A stretch of 64,000 nt of DNA from Setoptus koraiensis (taxonomy: Eukaryota; Animalia; Arthropoda), in contig CM106586.1 in NCBI GenBank assembly GCA_048013815.1, positions 13,392,001 to 13,456,000 on the forward strand. Direction: 5' to 3'. Under the pieces are notes generated by a model. That model did not search any database. It was not told the origin of the DNA and was given only the letters and a program-made list of their open reading frames with translations. Positions 37,575 to 47,586 of the stretch are shown here, piece after piece. How positions within the stretch are numbered: the first letter of the stretch is position 1; every line of letters begins with the position of its first letter. Both the position numbers and the translations under genes were made by a program.

Positions 37575-40500
37575 ACAACAACGGTAATAAACAATTTCCC
37601 GGCAAAGCTCCGAACTACAAACAAGACGAGCGACAGCAACAACGCCAACACAGCCCAGACACGTTCCAAGCGACCACGAAGCAAGCGCCCTCTACATCCG
37701 GCGACAGTACAACAGAGCAGCGGCGAGTGACCGCCGCTGCCGCGGCCGCCGGTCATGCCAGAGAAACGACGGCCGCTATTATATCGACAATAAAATTGAA
37801 CGATTTCATAAGTCAGTCAAACGACCAAACCAACGAACTGTTGGCTAGATCGGTGGCGCTGACATCGCCCGCGTATCACCAGCCACTTACCGGCAAGTTT
37901 GAGGGTCATTCAACGGCAACAAGTGCGCCATCGTTTGGTGATCAGCAAAAACAACGGCAGCGCGACAAGACAGCCACGCCAGCAGTGCCGGCCATACAGC
38001 CAACAACAACACCACCACCAACAACAACAACATCATCAACAACAACATCATCAACAACAACATCACCACCGACAACACCACCACCGACAACAGCCGCCAG
38101 CAGCACCACCGAAACGTCGCCCGATGTAGCCTCGTTGCGCAAGACGATCCTGTTGAGCTCAACAACTTTGTCCTTTCTGCCTGGTTCGTCGGACAATACA
38201 ATGCAATCGGTTTTGCAGCAGCGTCAAAATCACGCCACGTCATCGAGCAATATGCAAATTGGAGCGGCCGACAAATTGCGTTCGCAACAAATTGCGTCAT
38301 CGCAGCAACAGCGAAAGCATGACAAGGATAAAATGACATTCGACAACAACGACAACAACAACAACAGCACGACAGCGCCAACAACGGCAACCACAGTGGC
38401 GACGCCAAGACCCTCTAATGACAGTCAAGTGATGGGTGCTGGCCAACGGCGATTGTCTAGTGGCAACAACAACAACAGCAAACAACAATTGGCAGATGAC
38501 AAGCAAAGTGACACAGCCAAAAATGGCCAGATGATGATTGACAATGACCGCTCAAATTCAAATTCAAATGTGAGTTCGAAAGCAGCAGGCAAATTTTTGC
38601 TGGTGGCGCACCGAAACGAGCTCACAGCTCAGGACTACCAGGACTTGCCGGTAGGTGGCCAAAATGAATATGGCCATCAAGAGATGGGCGATGTAGGAGC
38701 AAGCGGGGGGCGCGGACGCGCCACCGATTATGATTACAACGACAGGCTGCCCCTGGTGGACGCGAGTGGTAACACGCAACAGCTAACAACTTATTCAATG
38801 GCAGAGTTTGAGCTGGAGCAAGCAAACAGCAACGCGGCGGCAACGCCATTGACAACAACAACAACAACAGGTGACACAAACAACTACAGACACGGGTACG
38901 GGCACGGATCAGCCGGTTCTGACAAGTATCACGGATCAGCTGGTTCTGACAAGTATCACGGATCAGCTGGTTCTGACAAGTATGACAGCGATGACATTGA
39001 CGACAACGAGCTGCTGGGCAGCGCCGGCTTCGTGGAAACGACCACCTCGGTGCCGCTAGACAATCTGACCACCATCGGGCCGGACGGAATCATCATTGAC
39101 ACCATCACCGGCCTAGAGCTGGACCCGATCACGGGCACCCCGTTCAGTCGCTGGTCTACAATAACCATTGCGGTTCTGATAGCGCTGTGTATGGTGCTCA
39201 CAATATTGGGCAACATTCTGGTGCTGGCCTCGTTTGTTTATGAGCGCACCATCAGGCAGCCTAGCAATTATTTTATCTGTTCTCTGGCCCTCAGCGATCT
39301 GTCCATCGGCATAGTGTCCATGCCATTCTTTGCCATTTACGTGCTCAGGGGCTGGCGCTGGACACTGGGCGCCTTCTGGTGCGACATTTGGTTAGCCACG
39401 GATCACACTTTGTGCCTGGTGAGCATTTACACGGTGTTGCTCATAACGGTGGACAGGTTTTTTTCCATAAAGGTGCCCACTCGTTACAGGAATTGGCGCA
39501 CAAAGAGGCGCGTCATCATTATGATAATAGTCACCTGGGTGGTGCCGTTTGGCATATTCTTTGGCACAATAATGTCGTGGGATCTCATCACAGGCAAACG
39601 CGATCTAAAGGACTACGAATGCGCGGTGCAATTTCTCAAAAATCCCGCCTTTAACACGTCGCTAATAGTGTTTTATTTCTATTCGACACTAATTATAATG
39701 TTCGGCCTGTACGCGGGCATCTACAAAACAGCTCGCGATCTAGCCAAAAAGGCCGAGGCCAAACAAAAGCGAATGGCCAACATGGTCAGCATGCAACAGC
39801 AACAACAAATACTTGCCTACAGTCTGGTGCACGGGCATCACAATCACGACGATCATCATCATCATCACAACGACGACATGGAAGACGATCTCGACGATCT
39901 AGATGACGCGCACCATCACAACCATCGCCACAATCAGGCAACCACCGCCAGGAGGCGCATTTTGGTTCGCTTGGACAGTCAGGGCAATGAGATTGGTCAG
40001 CAAAACGACAACAACAATCATGACGACATCGACAACAACGACAACAACCAAACAAATCGCTCGGCCAACAAGGACAAACAAAGTCACAGAAATGCATCCT
40101 CGTTTGATTTGTCGCCCATCGGCAACGCTCAACAGCAGCACCATCACAAGGGCGGTAAATTGTCCGCTAGGGGCCAGCAGCAGGGGCCAACGATGGGACG
40201 CCAATCAGACAATAGATTGTCTGCCAATTACAACAATTATGCCATCAATGACAACAGCACAAGTTGCGCAACCACAAGCTCAACAAGTGGCCTTACGCTG
40301 ACCGGAAATGAGCCCAGTTACTCTGATCCGTCGAGAGAGGGCCACGCAACAACACATCAGCAGCAACAACAACAACAACAACAGCAACAACAATCTTCAA
40401 ACGACCATTCGGCCAATAGCCGGTACAAGAAAAATATACTGTTGCATCAGCAACAACAGCGACACAAACAACAACAACAACAAAAAAAGTCAAACGACAA

Positions 40501-43500
40501 CAACAATGACATCATCAACAACAACAAACAAGACTCTGGCAACAGTAAACAGGTGATGATTGTAACGGGCGACAAGGCAACAGGCGTGGCGCAACAGCAA
40601 GCGCCCAATCAGCTGCCGCCGGGTCAATCGGGTACCGCGGGCGCGCACCAACAACAGTTGGTCGGTCAGTCGCCAAACAGGCAAGGCGGTGCAGCGGCGG
40701 CGGACAACAGTCAGCTGGACCAGCTCCAAGATGCCGCACGCCAGGCGCTCGGACAGGGCCGGCAATCTCGGGCACCGCACAAGCTCGACAGGGCCTCCAG
40801 AGGCACCGTGCCCCGGGGTATGGGCTCGACGTCGCCCTACTCGCTGGACGAGGACTCGGGCGAGCGGTCCAGCTCACCGTCCTTCGAATCGGACGACGAC
40901 AGTCCCGTTGGGGGGGCCTCATCGTCTTCTTTCAGTACGCACATTGCGTTCAATTCGAGCCACCATCAATCGTTGAAACAGCGCAACAAGCAACATCACG
41001 GATACCATCAGCAGGGCGGCCCCATTGTGGACGTGGCCACGGCTCTCGTGCCGGCCTCTTTGCAGCCGCTGGCGGCCGCTTCGCAAAATACGGGCCTCAT
41101 GACGAAATCCATATTGCGTCAGCAGCAGAAATATCTCAAGTCGAAGCAAAACAAGAAGCAACAACAGCAACAACAACAACAGAATACCCGAAATGTGCCC
41201 GTCCGCAAAACGCTCTTCCTGTTGCCCGGCGCATCGACTGCCTGGGCCACCGGAAGTGCGCCCGTGTCCGGCCCGAACACTAACCCGTCGTCGTGCCTGG
41301 CACCGCCCAAATCGGAGGACCGGGCCCGACTGCAGCCGCTCATACCGCGCTCGCCTATTATATCGCGCAACGAGTACAAAAGTTTCATGATGCATCTGGC
41401 GTCGGCCCGGTTGCCGGCCGTTGCCGCGGCCGCCACAGCCTCGGCGGCCGCGCCGCTGACAGCGGGTGTCGCGGACGACGTTGCCTGTTCGTCGGCAGCA
41501 ACAACACCAGCAACGCCCGCAACGCCAGCAGACACTAAAGTGGAACAAGCGGGCGAAACTCAGGCAGCAGCGGGCAGCGGAAAAGCACAACCGGAAGTGG
41601 ACAGTGGCCGCAGCGGCGCAGTGTGCGCCGAGCAGAAAAAAAGGAGTGACGTGCCCGAAGGGGGTGGCATAGGAGGCGAGCAAATGGGCGAGCTCATCGG
41701 AGACGAACAACAGGCTCAAACGGGGACCAAAGGTAGCCAATGTGCCTCGGACAACAGCGGTAGTGTTACCAATTTGACCGGAAGTAGACAAGATCTCCGT
41801 CAGTCTGTGTCGTCGCTGGCGTGTCAGGGCGAACACAGTGTCACTAGTAGCCTGTGCACTTGTACGCGAGGGGGCGCTGGCGCCATGGACGATTACGATG
41901 ACTCTAGTTACGACGACGACGACGACGACGACGGGGTGGCTAGCAGCGACGACGACAGCCATTGCGACAATTGCTGTTGCTCGTGCTCGCTACAGGTGAG
42001 CCAGGCAACAAGCGCTACGCAATGTCAGCACGCAACTAGTGAACTGTATTGCAGTAGCTCGGGCGCCATCGGCGTCGGGGCGCTGGGGGGACTGGCCACG
42101 CACACCAGCAATAGCAGTGGCTGCAATTTGGAGGATTTGGGCGCCGATATTGGGGCCGACAGGCCGATACTGACCACAAACAGTACAGACAGCCACGGGC
42201 AACGGCGATCGTCCGCACAAGCGAGACGTCAGCGCATGCGGAGCAGCGATGACGTAACAATGGCCAACAAGAGCACGCAAGAGTCGCATAAATCGGGCGC
42301 CACCATGGGCCACCAATTGAGTGGTCAGTTCGAGCGATCCAAAAGTCTGCTGGCCGGAGGCAATCAGAGCGACGATCTGGTCTTGTCGATGGAGGCGCTC
42401 GAGTTGGCCTCGTCGTCGCTGCTGGCCAGCACAGCGGCAACAAGTGGGCCCCTGGACAACGACAACGACAACAACAGCAACAACATCATCAACAATAGTG
42501 ATGCTTTAAAATGCGCAAAAAGGCGCCCTGGCGGTGCCGACAGACACCACCACAAACGTTGTTCAATGCAACTGACATCGGCATTGCAGAGACTGTCCAG
42601 CGAGGACCATAGCAGCGCCAACAGCGGCACTCAGGGCAAACAAGCAACGCGGGCCGGACAAGTGGACGGACAGGCGACAAGTGGCCGCGACGACGCAAAC
42701 CAGCAGACCGATCCCAACAAGACCGCTTGTTGCGCAAGGGAGCGCTCCAAGTCGTTGTATGACAACGGCGACAACAACAACAACGTACAAGCGACAAACT
42801 CTTCGTCTGTGTGCTCCCTGGCGGCCCCAACAACCGCAACCACAGCAGCAGCAGCAACAACAACAACAACCGCAACCACAACTAGCTCAACTAAGAACAA
42901 TAGTGAGAAATGCGCACCGCCGGCCAACTACAACAAAGATGATCGTTACGGTGATGAGATCGACAGCAGCCAACAACAAAAGTTGTCAAGCAACAGCGAT
43001 GACGCAACAACAACAAACAACAACAGTAACAACAACAACAACAATAACTGCAACAATAATAACGGCAGCAACAATAGCGACAACAACAACGACAACAACA
43101 AACAGCATCAACAACAACAACAACATCAACATCAACATCACAAGTCACAGGTGAATATCGACTGTGACAGCGACGACAACAACAACAACAACAACGATAA
43201 TCATCATCATCACCATCATCATCACGGCAAGTCGCATCACGGCATGTCGGGCGCCGGCCCCAGTCTGGGGGTGACCTCGCTGCTGGCCACGGCCGGCCTC
43301 AAAACGGTCACTATTCAGCGGGCGGCCACGTCGGCGGCGGCCACATTGTCTTTCAAGAGGCGCTTGCGGATGCAACGAAACTCGAAGCAGCTAGTCAGAC
43401 ACAAATCAAAGTCGGAAAATCGCGCCCGAAAAGCCCTGCGAACCATCAGTTTCATATTGGGCGCCTTTGTGTTGTGCTGGACGCCCTATCACATATTGGC

Positions 43501-43684
43501 CATTTGGGCCGGATTTTGCACCGGATGCGTCAATATTCACCTGTTTTATTTTACATATTTTCTATGTTATACAAATTCGCCCATAAATCCGTTCTGTTAC
43601 GCATTGGCCAATGCACAATTTAAGAGGGCCTTTTATAAGGTGCTCAAGTGCAATTTAAACAGTTGGCACAGGACAGGCAAATGA
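35897..43684 (+). CDS. mAChR-B: Muscarinic acetylcholine receptor, type B (class A aminergic GPCR), greatly enlarged by low-complexity N-terminus and third intracellular loop
   Basis: 7TM core is recognisable: TM1 GNILVLASF, TM2 NYFICSLALSDL, TM3 CDIWLATDHTLCLVSIYTVLLITVDRF, TM4 TWVVP, ECL2/TM5 CAVQFLKNPAFNT...LYAGIYKTA, TM6 RARKALRTISFILGAFVLCWTPYH, TM7 YFLCYTNSPINPFCYALAN. The LVSxYTVLLITxDRF, QFLKxP, GIYKTA...EAKQ and WTPYH signatures match protostome B-type rather than A-type receptors, from recall. The frame is open from 35831 (after TGA 35828-35830). The 35897 start is a TTG and the first in-frame ATG is at 36572, so the true 5' end is uncertain. Confidence 0.93.
38903..38983 (+). repeat. 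In-frame 27-bp coding repeat x3 (HGSAGSDKY) in the mAChR ectodomain
   Basis: CACGGATCAGCyGGTTCTGACAAGTAT at 38903, 38930 and 38957. Confidence 0.95.
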
Positions 43685-43783
43685 CCAAATCACCACCTCT
43701 GATACCTATTGTATATTATTATTATTATTATATATTACCAGTATTATAATTACTATTATTAGTATTATTGTTATTATTCAAAT

Positions 43784-43789
43784 AATAAA
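43784..43789 (+). terminator. Candidate polyadenylation signal (AATAAA) of mAChR-B
   Basis: The only AATAAA seen in the 262-bp gap, 100 nt after the stop, in AT-rich sequence. Confidence 0.5.
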
Positions 43790-43946
43790 CTCATTGGTTA
43801 TTACTATCACTGGCGGTGTAATTATTATCTCACTACACGATAATAATTACAAATTGTGTGATTATTATTATTGAGTGTGATGTCTCTGTGTTCGCATACG
43901 GTCGTATTACTGTGCTATTGTAATCACATTTATACATGCAATCATG

Positions 43947-45503
43947 TTAGGCCGTTATTTTATTAATTACGTAATAATCGTGATAGTACATTAGAATGCA
44001 CAATGGCTGACCGATTATGAGCGTTATCCAAACGGCCACATTGGCAAACTGATTGTTCAGGTACACGGACACAAATCGGGCCAGCGGCAGCTGCATTAGC
44101 ATGCCAAAGAAGGCCCAATATCTGAATATTTGCAACGGCACCGACACCAGATATTCGTGAAAGAAGGCAGACACAAAAAACACTGCCGTTGAGGCCGCAA
44201 ATCGCGACCAACCAAAGGCCATCAGGGGCACGTACAGGTGCCTGGCGCACCATTTGTGTACGGGTATGTTCCAGCAGCGCCAGAAATAATTCACCGATTC
44301 GCTGTTCCACCAGTCGAGATAAAATTCCCTGTCGGCGAATCGGGTCAATTCGGCCAGAATGTTGAGAAGCGAATGAAAGAACAGATAAAACGATATGAGC
44401 CATATGACGTGATTCGGAACGGCCAGCTTGAGCAGCCGCTCCAGCATGTGGCTGTATTGCATCTGACGAAATGGCAACAGCGAGTTGTTCACCGTGGGCA
44501 CGATCCATTGCTGTATGAGGGCCAGCATCAATTGGCTCAATATGATGGCCTCAATGGCGCGTTTCAACAGGAAATGTTTTCTTATTCGGCTCGTTCTGGC
44601 AAACTCAAACTCGTAACACAGCGTGGGCGCCACCATAAAATAATACATGTTTAGCAGATTCAGGTTTCTCGGATACGGCTCGCTAATGTCGTAATACATC
44701 TGCCTTATGCTGTCGTCCAGACAAACATCCGCCTGTCCGGCGTTTGTGGTGGCCTGTTTGGGCGACGAGGTGCCGTTGGCCTTTCGCCCGCCGGCCGCCG
44801 GCACTTGTTGTTGCGGCTCGGGGGTCTGTTTTTGTGGCTCGGGGGCCCGTTGTTGCTTGCCGTTGGTGTGCTCCGGTCGCTTGCCGTCAGTTTGATCCTG
44901 TCGCTCGCTGGTGTCCACCTCAAACTGGCTCCGGGGCGTAATGCAACTCCTCAGAAACGACTGAGTAGTTGGCGATTGCTGGGCCAGGGGCCGCTTGACG
45001 TCCCGGCACCAAAACATCATTGTGTGATAGCTGACTAGTTTCAGGAACACCATACAGGTGACCAGTAGGGCGAAGCTAGTGGCCACCGGATGTGAGCTGT
45101 TGTTGAATATGATAAACGGTGGCAAGGACAACAGGGTGAACAAATTGATGACGATCATGGCCAGGCCAATGTAGTGGCCGGTTGAATTTGGGGCTCGCTT
45201 GGTGCTCTTGCCGGCCGCATCCAATGCAAATATAAATTTCTCTATTAGTAGCGACGATATAATGAATATGTTTAGCGACAGGATTATCTCTATGGCGGGC
45301 CATTGTGATGGACTGTTATTGAGCATTAGTCTCAACACGACAACTGGATCCACTAATATTCCGTATTTCATGACATTTTCCAGGGCGGCTCGGGCATTGG
45401 ACAACACCAATAATATGACGCATAAATTCAATATGCCACGGTAGTTGTTGTAACCGCTCGCTGTGCTCAACAGCGACTCTCTGGCCCTCACAGTTAGGCC
45501 CAT
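43947..45503 (-). CDS. DGAT1: Diacylglycerol O-acyltransferase 1 (MBOAT family; Drosophila midway orthologue), intronless CDS, 518 aa
   Basis: Hallmark DGAT1 motifs: SLLSTASGYNNYRGILN, ENVMKYGILVDP, KLVSY, YPRNL...APTLCYE, ERLLKLAVPNHVIWL, FADREFYLDWWNS, WNIPVHKW, SAFFHEY (catalytic His codon 44157-44159), GQPLCILMYYHDYY. Confidence 0.97.
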   Translation of the reverse strand: MGLTVRARESLLSTASGYNNYRGILNLCVILLVLSNARAALENVMKYGILVDPVVVLRLMLNNSPSQWPAIEIILSLNIFIISSLLIEKFIFALDAAGKSTKRAPNSTGHYIGLAMIVINLFTLLSLPPFIIFNNSSHPVATSFALLVTCMVFLKLVSYHTMMFWCRDVKRPLAQQSPTTQSFLRSCITPRSQFEVDTSERQDQTDGKRPEHTNGKQQRAPEPQKQTPEPQQQVPAAGGRKANGTSSPKQATTNAGQADVCLDDSIRQMYYDISEPYPRNLNLLNMYYFMVAPTLCYEFEFARTSRIRKHFLLKRAIEAIILSQLMLALIQQWIVPTVNNSLLPFRQMQYSHMLERLLKLAVPNHVIWLISFYLFFHSLLNILAELTRFADREFYLDWWNSESVNYFWRCWNIPVHKWCARHLYVPLMAFGWSRFAASTAVFFVSAFFHEYLVSVPLQIFRYWAFFGMLMQLPLARFVSVYLNNQFANVAVWITLIIGQPLCILMYYHDYYVINKITA

Positions 45504-46481
45504 GATGGCGATAAATTGTTGTTGTTGTTGAGCTGTTGTTGATGCTGCTAAATAGTTAAATAAGTGTTAAAACAATCAGAAAATTTTCGCTTAAATAAAT
45601 ATATTCCATAAATATACATAATAATAATAAAATGATGAACATAATCACAAAACAATAACACAGTGATAATTGATTGTTGTTGTATCTATATGTACAACAA
45701 CGAGTGCATGTGAACTTTGTTTTTGTTTCACTTCAAGTGCGCGCATCGGCCACCAGAACCGCTTTGCGCAAGTGACGCAAGTGTTTGCTGTCGTATATCA
45801 TCATCAACCAACAACTAATTGCAAAGCGCCCCCCGCGGACTTTTTTCGTACTCGCAATGGCATTTACATAAAGAGCGCACAAAGTCGGCGTTGTCGACGC
45901 AAACAATTAACAAAACTTGACTTGTTTGCAACAAATTTTCAACCTCACCATCTTGATATCGCACATGCCACTCTTGACATATGACGACATGGAATGAACG
46001 CATGCTCAACGCCGATTATCGCCATGACAGATCAAAATTAATCGATAGCGATATTTATAATAACTCAATAAACTTACTTTACAAATAAATATAAATACCG
46101 CACGAGTTGTTGAGCCTCCGTCTGCGTGTTGCGTAACCCGTTCAAGTGCGCAATTACGCGTGCCGTATAACCCGTTTGGGCGCTCTTTCGGCCGGCCCGA
46201 ACGAGTCAGCAATATCGCACCCTCGTCAGAGGCGCCTATTTTGCTGTCCTCAAGTATCGCGCGGTTGCTGCCAACATCCAAATTGTTATTGCACACTCTC
46301 CAACTCCCCAACCGGATTCGGCCTGAATATCCGCCCATTCCGGTTTGTGTGCGCATCGCAAAAGGTTCCGGCGCATCAGATAACAAACAAACAAACAGAA
46401 ATAGAAATAAATAAAAGAAATGAAATGAAAAAATCGTTTATAAGAATTGAAAAATATCTGCGTCAGTTTGAACTTGTCCAG

Positions 46482-46708
46482 CTTGTGTCGAGACGCTCTG
46501 GCAGCTTGACGCGAGCTTCTGGAATTGTGCGCTGGAGGGCTATTTCAAGCGCAATATTCAAACAGACAATGTTACGCTGGCTTGTGTGTGTTCCTCCGAC
46601 AAGTTGCAAGTTGTAGCTCGAGTCGCTGATTACAGATGGCGCTTCAGAGTGCGCATCGCTGCCATCTTGGCAAGCGCATTCTACACAGTACAGTATGATA
46701 ATGTGAGA
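46482..46708 (+). CDS. Possible internal coding exon of an unidentified gene divergent from DGAT1
   Basis: Acceptor TTGTCCAG (ends 46481), 75 stop-free codons (CVETLWQLDASFWNCALEGYFKRNIQTDNVTLACVC...RVRIAAILASAFYTVQYDNVR), then donor GTAAGT at 46709. No homology recognised, and an antisense 103-aa ORF also exists. Confidence 0.25.
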
Positions 46709-47000
46709 GTAAGTATGTATCACAAGCAGCAGCAACAGCAATACAACAACACGCCAGACGGTGGCGCAACGCAACCGGATGTAATCTCGTAATAATGGCG
46801 ATGATGGATGACTTCGTCAAGTCGCTATGAGGGGGGATTAGGCAATACTTAGTTATACAGTCGTAATAGAGTTATCGTCCATTTGACTTGTGATGTCTCT
46901 GACATTGGTATTCTCATTAACGAGCAACTGGAGGCAAGGTCACGGACAAGAGTTGCCAGAAGCATGCGATTGTCATGCACTCACGCGATCCGATTGCCCG

Positions 47001-47082
47001 ACTCGCCGATGTCTGACGAGACTCGCCGATGTCTGACGAGACTCGCCGATGTCTGACGAGACTGGCCGATGTCTGACGAGAC
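47001..47082 (+). repeat. 20-bp minisatellite ACTCGCCGATGTCTGACGAG, 4 copies
   Basis: Three exact copies and one with a single change. Confidence 0.95.
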
Positions 47083-47518
47083 CAGACGGGCCCGGCCGAC
47101 CGTGGGCGCCGTTAGCCGTCGCCCTCAGCCGGCCCACTCTGGCACTGGCGGTACCGGGGTACTGCCAGTGTCAGGTAGCCGAGTCTTCGGGTCCAAATTG
47201 GGCTCGCGTCACACGAGCCCAAAAATGAAATTTTTCACCTTAGTGCCGCAAGCCGCAAAACGCTCGGGTATTTGTGAGTAACAAGTTGGTTTTTGGCCGC
47301 TAACAAGTGTGCCAGTCGAGAGGCAAAATGACCATCGATGCCACTGCAATGTGTGGACATGAGTGATCACGTTAGCGTCAAACGAATCGCCAAAGAATCG
47401 GCTCCAACGGCCGATCAGCTGTTGCCTGTGGGACCCATTACATTACCGGTAACAGACGAACAGGAGCGCCCGTACTGTTAGCCAAAGTTTGTGCGAATGA
47501 CAAACGACATTTTGTCAT

Positions 47519-47586
47519 CCGTTGTTGTTGTTGCTGTTGTTGTTGCTGTTGTTGCTGTTGTTGCTGTTGCCGTTGTCGTTGTTGTG
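47519..47586 (+). repeat. (GTT/GCT)n microsatellite
   Basis: GTTGTTGTTGCTGTT run. Confidence 0.9.

Noticed and set aside
40919-41962. 347-aa minus-strand ORF and other V/L/C-rich antisense ORFs within the mAChR
   Set aside because: They are antisense reads of CAA-rich coding sequence, which lacks stops on the opposite strand.
43963-44654. Overlapping ORFs 43963-44508 (-) and 44238-44654 (+)
   Set aside because: They are alternative-frame or antisense shadows of DGAT1.
47001-47082. CTGACGAG in the 20-bp repeat resembles the hammerhead core CUGAnGA
   Set aside because: No GAAA element or stems II and III follow.
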